This document shows positions 9,693 to 19,413 of a stretch of 64,000 nt of DNA, piece after piece. Origin of the DNA: an uncultured cyanobacterium (GTDB lineage Bacteria > Cyanobacteriota > Cyanobacteriia > PCC-9006 > JAAUQQ01); contig OY970368.1 in assembly GCA_963718615.1 (NCBI GenBank), positions 2,336,001 through 2,400,000 on the forward strand, written 5' to 3'. Numbering within the stretch: the stretch's first letter is position 1; the number at the start of each line of letters is the position of its first letter. The position numbers and the translations under genes are program-made. Under the pieces are notes generated by a model. It was given only the letters and a program-made list of their open reading frames with translations. It did not search any database and was not told where the DNA came from.

Positions 9693-11104
9693 GCTCCACC
9701 TCGAAGTTTCCTGGGTTGGGGAAAAGCCCTATGCGGTGTGGGGCGAAGGGCGATCGCCACGGAACAAAAATAGAAATGTAAAAAACCAATCAGGGCCGGA
9801 ACGGGATAGAATGTCTCCTGGGCTAAGCCTGAGAGTAGATGGGTAATACTCATCCAAAACATGGCTTGAGGCATGGCTTCTTGTTGCCGCAGGGCAATGA
9901 GAATTTGGCCAAAGAGCAAAATGGCTAATCCCAGACCAATTACGCCTGCCTCGGATAGAATGTGAAGCGGTAACAAATGGGCGCTTTCGCCAGAGTCAGT
10001 CGTGTCCCAACCGGAACCAAATCCCCCACCCACAATCCAACGAACTGGGCGATCGTTGAGGAAGTGAATCTTTGCGGCCCAGCGTTCATCTCGACCACTT
10101 AAGTTTTCTGTATTGCCTGCATCTAAAAGCGTTGCTTGGCGTTCAATGAGCGAACCGTCGGTGGATTCTAGGCCCGATAAATCTAACCCAGGTAAGAAGG
10201 GAGAGACGACAATTAAGGTTAAGAACGCAGCCATTAACCAAGCTAAGCAAAGTGGCTTTTTCAGGAAGAAAATCAGCGCATAAAATAAAATGAGTCCTAG
10301 TCCAGTCCGGGCTTCGCTAAAAAAACAGGCCAGAATAGTGAATAGCAGGAAGCCTGTATTGCGCCAATCTTGAGACGCAGGGGCTAGATGCATGCGCAAG
10401 CCAAGCAACATGCTGAGCTGGGTTGCCACGTAGGCATGGTTGTAGCCTAATGTCCCCCAACCCGCACCGCCATATTTGCCAATATTGGCGTAGGCGCTCC
10501 AAGGGCCTGATCCCTTTCCCGGCGGCAGATGGGCGGTGATGCTGCCCAGGGGAATGACCTGAAAAAAAGTCAGCAAGACCGTGAGACACCCCACAATCAA
10601 GGCCGCATCCACCACCCAAGATAGCCATTTTTGGCGTTTAGCATCGATCGGCAGTTTAGCGGTGATCCCAAAGACGACCACCACCTGCAACATGCGATAA
10701 ACTTGGTATTGTCCCAACTTGATGCCAATTAGATCGCCATCCCGAACGCTGCCTACGTAAAAGTTGTAGGAAATCATTGAGGCGATCGCCATCACCCCCA
10801 ATAGCAAAAAAACTCGCCGCTGCACCTGCGTCATGGGCTGAAGATGACGCCGCTGGAGCAGCCAAGCTCCCCCCAATCCCAACACCGTCAAATCCGAGAG
10901 CGTAGGCCACATCGCCCAAGGTCCCGCAGGCACCAAAGGGATGGTAATACATTGGGCAAAAAGATAGCACAGCAACAGACCAAACAACAATCTGGACCCC
11001 CCCAAGGCGCGTTCGGCCTGGGTAGAACCGTTGATGTCTAATCCTGTCGGGGGGAAAGCAGTTGCATCAACCAAGGTAGAGGGCCTCCAACTGCTGAACG
11101 CCAT
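9689..11104 (-). CDS. O-antigen ligase/Wzy polymerase family membrane protein
   Basis: About 10-12 hydrophobic segments; SEARTG, SGRDERW, GGGFGSG and AHLLPLHILSEAGVIG (Wzy_C signature). Confidence 0.8.
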   Translation of the reverse strand: MAFSSWRPSTLVDATAFPPTGLDINGSTQAERALGGSRLLFGLLLCYLFAQCITIPLVPAGPWAMWPTLSDLTVLGLGGAWLLQRRHLQPMTQVQRRVFLLLGVMAIASMISYNFYVGSVRDGDLIGIKLGQYQVYRMLQVVVVFGITAKLPIDAKRQKWLSWVVDAALIVGCLTVLLTFFQVIPLGSITAHLPPGKGSGPWSAYANIGKYGGAGWGTLGYNHAYVATQLSMLLGLRMHLAPASQDWRNTGFLLFTILACFFSEARTGLGLILFYALIFFLKKPLCLAWLMAAFLTLIVVSPFLPGLDLSGLESTDGSLIERQATLLDAGNTENLSGRDERWAAKIHFLNDRPVRWIVGGGFGSGWDTTDSGESAHLLPLHILSEAGVIGLGLAILLFGQILIALRQQEAMPQAMFWMSITHLLSGLAQETFYPVPALIGFLHFYFCSVAIALRPTPHRAFPQPRKLRGGA

Positions 11105-12236
11105 AGTCGATGTTGAAGGGGCTTTGGAGCAGGCTTTCAAGGCTGGCAGGGGCGATCGCCCCTGCCTTTCTCCGTAGGGCAATCAGCGCCTCAACCCAGT
11201 TTTCCAGCGGCTCAGTAAGTGACACAGATTGAACCCAATGGGGCGGAATCCGAGTCTCCGGGGGAATGGCCTCAGACACCAAACAGGGCAGCCCTGCCGC
11301 TTGAGCTTCGATTAACACCAGAGGTAGCCCTTCGTGGTGGGAAGGCAGACAGAAGCAGTCCATAGCCCCTTGCATTAGCCGAGGCACATCGGGACGAACG
11401 CCTGCAAAAACCACCTGGGAAGCAATGCCCAGTTGCTGAACCCAGCGACGGATCTCGGCCTCAAGCTCGCCCGTACCCACGAGGAGCAAATAAAAAGATG
11501 GATCCTGGGCGATCGCCCCAGCCAAGCAACGAACCAAGAATTCATGGTTTTTCTGGGGAGCAAACCGACCCACATGGCCGACCACAAAAGCCTCTGGGGG
11601 AATCCCGAGTTCGGCGCGCAACTGCGCTCCCTCGATTCGCTCCTGAAATGGCTTGAGATCTACTCCGCAATAGAACACACGCCAACGGGAATCCTGCTGC
11701 CAGTTTTGCGTAAACAGATCCTGGGCCGCAGGCTCACTCACCGCCAATCCCTGGGTTGCATACCGCCTTAGCCAATAGCCCATAAGCTGTTGATAAAGCC
11801 GCCGCTGGAAAGGCGTTTCCAATTCCCGCGTATCGTTATGGCTGTGGGCGATTCGTTGAGGAATGCTCAGTTGATGAGCCAACCGCAGGATGTAGCCACT
11901 AAAATAATGAACATGGCTATGAACCGCATCATAGGCAGGACGAGCCTGCAGCAGTTGCTTGAAAACTTGTCCGTAGCGCCGAGGCTGGTGGGGATAGGGA
12001 CAGACCAAAATTTCACTGCCCAAGGCCCTGGCCTCGTCGTCATATTGACCCGGTTCATCAGTGTGGACCAAGAAATCAATGGCTAGGCGATCGCGATCTA
12101 CCCGGCGCAGCACATGCATCAACCAGGTTTCGATACCGCCCCGATTGAGACTGCCGACGACCTGTAAAATGCGTCGAGGTTGAACCGCCTGGGCAGAGGA
12201 GACCGGCGGTCTAGGCCTTGAGGCGAGAGAGGGCAT
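11067..12236 (-). CDS. GT4 glycosyltransferase (EpsF-like)
   Basis: LNRGGIETWLM, RIAHSHN, GHVGRFAPQKNHEFL, PSHHEGLPLVLIEAQAAGL. Confidence 0.9.
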   Translation of the reverse strand: MPSLASRPRPPVSSAQAVQPRRILQVVGSLNRGGIETWLMHVLRRVDRDRLAIDFLVHTDEPGQYDDEARALGSEILVCPYPHQPRRYGQVFKQLLQARPAYDAVHSHVHYFSGYILRLAHQLSIPQRIAHSHNDTRELETPFQRRLYQQLMGYWLRRYATQGLAVSEPAAQDLFTQNWQQDSRWRVFYCGVDLKPFQERIEGAQLRAELGIPPEAFVVGHVGRFAPQKNHEFLVRCLAGAIAQDPSFYLLLVGTGELEAEIRRWVQQLGIASQVVFAGVRPDVPRLMQGAMDCFCLPSHHEGLPLVLIEAQAAGLPCLVSEAIPPETRIPPHWVQSVSLTEPLENWVEALIALRRKAGAIAPASLESLLQSPFNIDYGVQQLEALYLG

Positions 12237-13467
12237 GGATAAAAACTCCCAAACTAATCAGCACTTGCACGACAGCAGCTAGGACCAAGGCATAGGCTGC
12301 GCCCAGTAGATGAAATGGTGGCATCAATCCCCAGCAGGCGATCGCCGATACCCCCGTGACCCCGAGAAACAAAGGCACTTGCACCTGGAAATAGCGCGCC
12401 GCTGAGACGGAATATCCCAAAAATGACCCGACATACCCCAATCCGGCGGCCACCATCAGCCATACCAATAGGACGGACTGTTCGGCATATTCAGGACGGT
12501 AGAGCAACGTCAGCAATGGCTTACCAGCGACCAGTGCCACCAAGACCGCCGCGCTGCCTAACCCGCCGCCCATTAGGATCATTTGTAATGACAACCGTTG
12601 AAAGGCAGGGCGATCGCCCTGGGCATAATACCGGGCTAGACGAGGACTGGCAGAATTCCCCAAGGCATTCACGATCATCGTGCCGACCACCATGAGATAG
12701 GCCAAGGCCGAAAAAATGCCTAGCTCTCGTTGACCCAATGTCTGCTCAATAAAATAGCGGGGGATGTTCGTATTGAGGGAAATCAACATCATCACCAGTC
12801 CAAGGGGCAGAGAGGTGCTGAGCAACTTTTGCAGAGGCAACCGCTGCCAATTGGGCTCTAGAGGACCTAATTCAGGATAGGCTGCCAAAATTTGCTGACA
12901 GCAGGGCAAATCATAGGCAATCAAGACTGCTAGCCAGGAGAGACTGAGTGCCAGACAACCGATGAGCAAATTTCCTGTCAACCCGACCCCAAGGCCCAGA
13001 AAAATCAGCGAAAGGGTTCCCTTAATCATCAGCGATTGGGAGAGGCGATCGAGCTGTTCCTGTTGCTGCAGCAAGCCATGGCAAATGTCGCTGATGGATT
13101 CGATGGCCTTGGCTAATCCCATGAGCAGGACTACCCCTGCGGTTTCACCCCGGTAGCCGCTGAGGAAAGCGATCACGGCGATCGCCAGCAGCGAAGTCCA
13201 GGTGGCAAACAATCGCAGCCCTAGGTAATGGCCAAATCGATATTGATTAGCTGCATCGGTCGACTGTACAACCCGGAGCTGGAGATTGGTAAGCATAACC
13301 ACGGGGGCCGTCACCGCCAGTCCCAGCGTGAACTGACCCACCATCTCTGGGCTACCCAGTTTGGCTAGCACAACCAGCATGCCCCACTGGGATGCGGCAT
13401 ACCAACCATTGCCTACCAACGTCCAGGCAAAATTATGACGAAGCGTTAAAGGCCGAATGGGTGTCAT
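12211..13467 (-). CDS. Wzx oligosaccharide flippase
   Basis: NFAWTLVGN..., about 12 TM helices, NIPRYFIE...LGIFSAL pattern; EPS operon context. Confidence 0.85.
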   Translation of the reverse strand: MTPIRPLTLRHNFAWTLVGNGWYAASQWGMLVVLAKLGSPEMVGQFTLGLAVTAPVVMLTNLQLRVVQSTDAANQYRFGHYLGLRLFATWTSLLAIAVIAFLSGYRGETAGVVLLMGLAKAIESISDICHGLLQQQEQLDRLSQSLMIKGTLSLIFLGLGVGLTGNLLIGCLALSLSWLAVLIAYDLPCCQQILAAYPELGPLEPNWQRLPLQKLLSTSLPLGLVMMLISLNTNIPRYFIEQTLGQRELGIFSALAYLMVVGTMIVNALGNSASPRLARYYAQGDRPAFQRLSLQMILMGGGLGSAAVLVALVAGKPLLTLLYRPEYAEQSVLLVWLMVAAGLGYVGSFLGYSVSAARYFQVQVPLFLGVTGVSAIACWGLMPPFHLLGAAYALVLAAVVQVLISLGVFIHALSRLKA

Positions 13468-13469
13468 GG

Positions 13470-15485
13470 TTAACAGGGTTGGAGCGAGGCTAAAAGATCG
13501 GGATCAGCGATCTCCAAATCTGTTTTTAGCTCAGGACTTGAATCCACCGTAGAAGACTCGGTTTGACTCAGACGAACGACTCCGTTGGGATTGGGCTGAT
13601 AGCCAACCACATGGGATTTAAGTAGATTAACTAAAGTGGAATAATCATTTTTCGCTGCGGCTAAAACTAAATGCAATACCACATGGTCTAGTCCCGCAGG
13701 GAGTTGCCGGCTGGCATTGGGAACGGTCAAGATGGTCTGGTGTTTGGTTCGTTCGTAAACCTCGCCGGGAATAAACAGCTCTTCGTACAGTTTTTCGCCG
13801 GGACGAAGACCGCTGTATAAAAGTTTGATGTCGCGATCGACTTCATAACCAGCTAGTCGAATCAAATCCTTGGCCAAGTCAACAATTTTGACCGGTTGAC
13901 CCATGTCTAGCATAAAGACTTCGCCCCCTCGACCAAGGACTGAAGCTTGCAAGACCAACTGAACTGCCTCTGGAATCGTCATGAAATAGCGACAAACATC
14001 GGGGTGGGTAATTGTAATCGGTCCCCCTGCTTGAATTTGACGCTGGAAAGTGGGAACCACACTCCCCCGGCTCCCCAGAACATTGCCAAAACGAACCACG
14101 ACAAAGGCTCGTTGATAGCGCTGCGCTGCTTGCAAAACCACCATCTCCGCCATGCGCTTGCTCGCCCCCATGATATTTGTGGGATTGACCGCTTTGTCGG
14201 TAGAAATCATGACCAGATTCTGCACGTCAAATTGGACCGCAAGGTCAACCAAGTTTTTGGTGCCAATCACATTGCTGCTAATTGCCTCGGGAGGATTGAG
14301 CTCCATCAACGGCACATGCTTGTGAGCGGCGGCGTGAAAAATGACGCTGGGACGATAGCTTTCAAAAATATGTTCAAGGCGTTTACGATTGCGAATATCG
14401 GCGATAATAGCTTTGATTTCCGGTAGCCGCTCAGGCTGATGGGCTTTTAATTCTTGAATTGCTCTTTCGAGTTCTTGCTGGATCAAGAAAATCGAGTTTT
14501 CACCTTTGCCTACTAAAATAATGGTTGTGGGTTCGGCTCGAAGAATTTGGCGACACACTTCACTGCCAATGGAGCCACCTGCGCCAGTGACTAAAACGCG
14601 CTTGGCCCCTAAAAATCGCCTGACCTCTTCGATATTGGTTTGAATGGGTTCCCGACGCAACAAATCCTCCAGACGCAGTTCGCGGGTTTGCGTGAGGGAA
14701 TGGGGACTCCGTAGAATTTCGTCGATTCCAGGCAGCGTCAATGTGGCAATTCCTAGTTCACGACCCATTTGCATCAGCTCCCGAATCATAAAACCGGGGG
14801 CGGTGGGCATCGCGATGATGATTTTGTCAATTTGCTGCTGACGTACGATTTGAGCAAGTTGGTGGCGATCGCCCAGTACAGGAATGCCCCTAATTTTGAG
14901 GTGTCGCTTGTGAGGATCGTCATCAACAAATCCCACGGCTTGGAGCTCTAGATGGGGACTGGTCCAGAGAGAATTAACAAAGGCAATTCCTGCGACGCCT
15001 GCACCAATGACCAGGACCCGTGATTGACTTACATGACGCTGATGATAACGCTGTTTTCCGGTGGCTAATGCGCGAATACTCAGGTGGATTCCGAGGATTA
15101 AAACGAAGCTGACTAGGGCATCAAGGAATGGAAGCGATCGAGGCAGATTGCTAATGGAAGGAACCGCAAGGGTAAATAAAACGCTGAATCCAAACAGATT
15201 TGCGATGCCTGCGAGCAGGACTCCAAACACTAGCCGCATGACTTCATCAAGCCCTGCATGACGCCAGTAGCAGCGATAAACGGAGCAGGCGATTAAACAG
15301 GCAATCTTTGTGACTAAAAAGCAGGGAATGATTAGAAGCAGTCCTAGGCCGTAGCGTGGCCAATCAATCATTCCATCTAATCGAAGACATAAAGCCAAGA
15401 TGGGGGAAAGCAGGGCTGCAAGTAGGTCAATCCAAATTAGCCCTACACTTTCCATTCGAATCCAGGGACGGAATGCGATATTCAT
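13470..15485 (-). CDS. Membrane-bound UDP-GlcNAc 4,6-dehydratase (PglF/CapD/EpsC-like)
   Basis: 4 TM + CoA-binding-like domain + GAGGSIGSE, HAAAHKHVPLME, STDKAV, MGASK, VRFGNVLGSRGSV, GLRPGEKLYEEL. Start uncertain (15533/15485/15455). Confidence 0.92.
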   Translation of the reverse strand: MNIAFRPWIRMESVGLIWIDLLAALLSPILALCLRLDGMIDWPRYGLGLLLIIPCFLVTKIACLIACSVYRCYWRHAGLDEVMRLVFGVLLAGIANLFGFSVLFTLAVPSISNLPRSLPFLDALVSFVLILGIHLSIRALATGKQRYHQRHVSQSRVLVIGAGVAGIAFVNSLWTSPHLELQAVGFVDDDPHKRHLKIRGIPVLGDRHQLAQIVRQQQIDKIIIAMPTAPGFMIRELMQMGRELGIATLTLPGIDEILRSPHSLTQTRELRLEDLLRREPIQTNIEEVRRFLGAKRVLVTGAGGSIGSEVCRQILRAEPTTIILVGKGENSIFLIQQELERAIQELKAHQPERLPEIKAIIADIRNRKRLEHIFESYRPSVIFHAAAHKHVPLMELNPPEAISSNVIGTKNLVDLAVQFDVQNLVMISTDKAVNPTNIMGASKRMAEMVVLQAAQRYQRAFVVVRFGNVLGSRGSVVPTFQRQIQAGGPITITHPDVCRYFMTIPEAVQLVLQASVLGRGGEVFMLDMGQPVKIVDLAKDLIRLAGYEVDRDIKLLYSGLRPGEKLYEELFIPGEVYERTKHQTILTVPNASRQLPAGLDHVVLHLVLAAAKNDYSTLVNLLKSHVVGYQPNPNGVVRLSQTESSTVDSSPELKTDLEIADPDLLASLQPC

Positions 15486-15769
15486 GAATGAGACTCCATC
15501 GGTCATCGCAAAAACGATTATTGGAGAATGCAAACCCTAATCCGAAAATAGAAATTTAGGGATTTAATTAAGAGGCTTTGATCGAAATGTTATTAGTCAC
15601 ACTCAGTGAATTAAAGTGAACTAAACAAGGTGACTCTTCTCATTCTACAACTTGTTTTTAATCAATCCGACTTTACTTTGATTAAATGCTTTAAACCTGT
15701 TTTTATGTTTGTAAAAAATATTTGAATAATAAATGAAAAAGTATCGAGTTGTGGAACTGAAAACTGGTT

Positions 15770-16462
15770 TTATGAGCTGCTGTTTATAAGAGCTTTAGGT
15801 GTGAGGTATTTCTCACCTGGATGGCGATCGCGGACGACTCTAGCGGGCGTTCCATAGGCCACTTTTCCCGCAGGAATATTGTGCAAAACCGTTGCCCCTG
15901 CGCCAATTACTGTGTGCTCCCCGACGCTAATACTGTGGCTAATCGTAGCCCCAATGCCAATGGCAGAAAATGAACCAATTTTCACATTCCCTCCCGTGGT
16001 CACCCGAGGTGAGAAACTGGAAAAATTACCCATTACAGAATCATGGTCCAGAGACGAATTCGTATTCAAAATACAGTGATGACCTACCCAGCAACAAGGA
16101 TTGACAACTGCTCCGGCCATGATGACGGTTCCAGCTTCGAGGATGGCATGTTTGGAAATAACTGCGCTGGGATGACAGGCGCTAACAAAATTAAAGTTAA
16201 GATCAATGCCGTGGAGTTTATTGACGATTTCCGAGCGTACGAAGTTGTCTCCGATGCCTACAATTCCTCCGTATACTGAATAAACCTGGCTAAGCCGAGG
16301 TAGATCCTCTTCGGTGCCTAGAACGCGATAGCCCAGAATGCTTTCGCCAAGCTGGCGAAAGCTATCGATAAATCCTACAATTTTGTATTTTCCTTCAGCC
16401 TCAACAATGTCGGCTACGGTCTTGGCATGGCCGGATGCGCCAATGATTAAAATATTTCTCAT
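15770..16462 (-). CDS. Sugar acetyltransferase, left-handed beta-helix (PglD/NeuD/EpsM-like)
   Basis: MRNILIIGASGHAK, GIGDNFVR, hexapeptide repeats, DHD catalytic motif, GTPARV. Confidence 0.9.
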   Translation of the reverse strand: MRNILIIGASGHAKTVADIVEAEGKYKIVGFIDSFRQLGESILGYRVLGTEEDLPRLSQVYSVYGGIVGIGDNFVRSEIVNKLHGIDLNFNFVSACHPSAVISKHAILEAGTVIMAGAVVNPCCWVGHHCILNTNSSLDHDSVMGNFSSFSPRVTTGGNVKIGSFSAIGIGATISHSISVGEHTVIGAGATVLHNIPAGKVAYGTPARVVRDRHPGEKYLTPKALINSSS

Positions 16463-16512
16463 GGTTGACTGGAGATAGGCGATGAGGAGTGCCCTGGCCG
16501 AGCGCTCGGCTT

Positions 16513-17976
16513 TTATGCGTAGAATTTCTGCTTTTGAAAAGCAGGTTGACGAGCGTCGATGAGATAAATCCACAGACCTGCCAACAAAAGTCCTAATAAG
16601 AAACCTGCTACATAAATAGGAGTTTTGCTAGAAACCGATTTCTCTGGTGTTTCTGCCTTGACTAGAACCTGGGCATTGCCGACTTTTTGACCTTTCGCAA
16701 TCCTCAGCTCTTCTGCTTTTTTCAAGAGTTCCGAGTAGCTGGCTTGGGCCACCTCCAGTTTGCGACTGAGATCCCGCTGCTCGGCTTGGAGTTGGGGCAA
16801 AACGGCTAAATTTTCATCACTTAGTTTTCGTTGGGTTTCTATAACCTCGATTTGGTGCTGAAGCCCTTGCCGTTGACTCTCTAACTCAACCAGCCTGCGC
16901 GTTAGCTCTTGATAGAGATTCCCCACCACTTGAGAGGGTTGGGTTAATGAAGGCAGCTCAAGCGCCTGCTGAGCCCTTGCCGCGACTAATCCCCGCAGAT
17001 TATTGACCTTTCCTTCTAGCTCAGCGACCTGAGGCGCAGTGCCCTGGTATCGCGATCGCGCCAAAGCCAACTGCATTTCTAGCTCATTGAGCTCTTTCAA
17101 GGCCTCTTGCAGTGCCGTAGACTGGCTTAGCATGGATTGCTGAACGATCGGATCTGCTTGAATGCCGGAAAGTTGCGATCGCAAGTTTTGCAATTGTGCT
17201 TCTGTATCGACCAGGGTCGAGCGGAGCGTATTGGCCTGCTGTTTGAGGCTTTCGGCCTGAGTCACCGCTGAAGTAACTTCTTGATCTAGAACAATGGTCT
17301 TGTTTTTCTCTTGAAAAGTTCTGAGATTTTGCTCTGCAAGATGAACCTGATGCTCCACCTTGGGCAATTGCTGCTCGACGAACTGGCTAGCCGCCCGTAC
17401 TTGAGCCTGCCGCGCCAGGATGTCCTGTTGTAAATAGACTTCCATAACCCCATTGACAACCGCCGCCGCCTCTTCGGCATCCCTAGACACATAGGTCACG
17501 GCTAAAATATCTGCCGAACGGACAGGTTTGACCTTGAGATTTTCTAAAAACTCCGTCGTGCTCAGCAACTGGCCTTCGGTATTCTTTAGCTTAAACTGTT
17601 GAATGACAGGCTGCACCAAGCCTGTGGAACGGAGCACTTCTGCTTCGGTGTCGAGGGGACTAATCTGATCCAAGAGAGATTCGAGTTTACCCGCTTCTTT
17701 GCTGGTCTCTGTGACCGAGGCCGTTGGCGTTGAGCGTGTAAATTTCAAGCGCCCTTCCGCTGCATAGTCTGGTTTTTTAAAGTTGGCAGCGGTGATCGTG
17801 AGGGCCAGAACACCCACGAAGATTCCGCTAGCCGATATCCAACTGCGACGGAGGCCTACAGTCGGGAAAGATGGCGTGAGGGCTTTAGTCATCAAACTTA
17901 GTGTTGATAAAGGGTCGATGGTGATGCTATTCCCCTGATTACCCCTATCAAGTAGAATTCCCGCTTTTGGGATCAT
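16513..17976 (-). CDS. GumC/Wzc-type polysaccharide co-polymerase without kinase domain
   Basis: TM - long coiled coil (TEAEVLRS, ADILAVTY, YSELLKK) - TM, then a short tail with no Walker A. Start may be 17892. Confidence 0.8.
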   Translation of the reverse strand: MIPKAGILLDRGNQGNSITIDPLSTLSLMTKALTPSFPTVGLRRSWISASGIFVGVLALTITAANFKKPDYAAEGRLKFTRSTPTASVTETSKEAGKLESLLDQISPLDTEAEVLRSTGLVQPVIQQFKLKNTEGQLLSTTEFLENLKVKPVRSADILAVTYVSRDAEEAAAVVNGVMEVYLQQDILARQAQVRAASQFVEQQLPKVEHQVHLAEQNLRTFQEKNKTIVLDQEVTSAVTQAESLKQQANTLRSTLVDTEAQLQNLRSQLSGIQADPIVQQSMLSQSTALQEALKELNELEMQLALARSRYQGTAPQVAELEGKVNNLRGLVAARAQQALELPSLTQPSQVVGNLYQELTRRLVELESQRQGLQHQIEVIETQRKLSDENLAVLPQLQAEQRDLSRKLEVAQASYSELLKKAEELRIAKGQKVGNAQVLVKAETPEKSVSSKTPIYVAGFLLGLLLAGLWIYLIDARQPAFQKQKFYA

Positions 17977-18173
17977 TTCATCTGCTCATGCCGCTCTGGA
18001 TTTTCTTTGTTGAAGATCTTTTTTAAAGGTTTTTGTTGAAGGTTTTGGTGGGAGAGAGGATACTATCTCCCTATTTTGGGGTTCTTTCCTATTCCAAAGG
18101 ACAGACGTCAACCCTTTGTCTGTTCGATAAGTTAGAGCTAGTGACAAACCCATTCGTAATTTGGAGTCAGTTT

Positions 18174-18356
18174 ATGAGTACCTCTGATAGAGCAAAGGCA
18201 ACCGCCAAGAACGTTGAAGGCAAAGTTCAAGAAGCAGTCGGTGACGCAACTGGTGATAAATCTACCGAAGCTAAAGGCAAAGCCAAACAAACAGAATCCA
18301 GTGCTGAACATGCCAAGGAAGACCTAAAAGACGGCGTCAAAAAGACAATCGACTAA
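18174..18356 (+). CDS. csbD: CsbD family stress protein
   Basis: MSTSDRAKATAKNVEGKVQEAVGDATGD...EAKGKAKQ, 60 aa; GGAG upstream of the ATG. Confidence 0.9.
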   Translation: MSTSDRAKATAKNVEGKVQEAVGDATGDKSTEAKGKAKQTESSAEHAKEDLKDGVKKTID

Positions 18357-18411
18357 CCTATCGATTAACTTATTGGCTAGCCAATTGACTAAACTTTAGG
18401 TAAGCCGTTGT

Positions 18412-18455
18412 AGTCCCAGCCAGACGCTAGAATCAGCGCCTAGCCGGGGCTTTTT
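18412..18455. terminator. Hairpin between convergent csbD and the PKHD-type hydroxylase gene
   Basis: 17-bp stem (three G-U pairs, one mismatch when read on the minus strand); T-run follows on the plus strand. Confidence 0.5.
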
Positions 18456-19122
18456 AATCCATCCATTGACGAAGTAGATTGGATACGCTTTTAGAAATTA
18501 AATCAAATTCATTGGTTTTTCCCGATTGAGAAAAAAGCGATCGCCTCGCTGTTTCCAGATCAAACAAAATTTCCCGTTTCGCCGGATCTCGTACTAAACT
18601 TTGAACCCACCCCACTGCCACGAGCCGTCTGCCCTGGGTCACCGGCTCAACTTGATGCAAGGTCGAAGACGGATACAGAATCGCAGTTCCAGCCTCTAGC
18701 CGATAGTGGGCTTCATCATCGGCTGCTTCGATGACGAGGGCTCCCCCTTCATAGTCCTGCGGCTCGTTCAAAAAGAGGGTAAACGATACATCGGACCGAT
18801 GAAAGGCAGCACCTCCCATCATGGCATTATCGGTATGGCGTCCATAGGACATTCCAACTTCATAGCGACTAAACAGAACCGTATGAACCACCCGAGGACG
18901 AACCGCCACTTGAAACAAGGGATGACGCAACAGTGCCGTTTTAACCTGATTTTGTAAGGTTTGGGCAATAGTACCCTCAGTTTTGAGCTGTTCGTTGTTC
19001 TTGACGGTTTTGGCGTGCCAACCGGCGGTCAGTTGTCCGTCGATAAATTCAGCTTGGTCTAAGGTTTTGCGGATGCTGTCCAGTTCTTCAGGATTCAGGA
19101 CTTGGGGGATGCGAAAGAGCAT
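18454..19122 (-). CDS. PKHD-type Fe(II)/2-oxoglutarate dioxygenase (PiuC/YbiX family)
   Basis: FIDGQLTAGWHAKTVKNNEQ, YGRHTDNA (HxD), LYPSSTLHQVEPV, RLVAVGWVQSLVRD. Confidence 0.93.
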   Translation of the reverse strand: MLFRIPQVLNPEELDSIRKTLDQAEFIDGQLTAGWHAKTVKNNEQLKTEGTIAQTLQNQVKTALLRHPLFQVAVRPRVVHTVLFSRYEVGMSYGRHTDNAMMGGAAFHRSDVSFTLFLNEPQDYEGGALVIEAADDEAHYRLEAGTAILYPSSTLHQVEPVTQGRRLVAVGWVQSLVRDPAKREILFDLETARRSLFSQSGKTNEFDLISKSVSNLLRQWMD

Positions 19123-19369
19123 GGATGGCTAAACGTTGTACCAGTTGATCATAAAGGGTATCTGGAACTGCCGTGCGGAGCGATCGCCCCAGCCGTTTCT
19201 TTTTTTGAGCTTCATGCAAGCAATCTGCAGTTTTGCAAAGATAGGCCGATCGCCCCATGCCCTCGTCTAATTGCACTTGCCCAGAATCATGCACCCGTAC
19301 CACCCGCCAAAGTTCGGATTTGGGGGCAACGGTTCGGCAACTAATGCAACGGCGATAGTTGGGTTTCAT
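19088..19369 (-). CDS. ylxR: YlxR/RnpM family RNA-binding protein (DUF448)
   Basis: RRCISCR...K.EL.RVVR...GRSAYLC...C...KKKRLGRSLR. Confidence 0.9.
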   Translation of the reverse strand: MKPNYRRCISCRTVAPKSELWRVVRVHDSGQVQLDEGMGRSAYLCKTADCLHEAQKKKRLGRSLRTAVPDTLYDQLVQRLAIHALSHPPSPES

Positions 19370-19413
19370 CGGTTGGCTGGGTTGGCTTTAATCGGTTGGA
19401 TTATCGATTGGAT

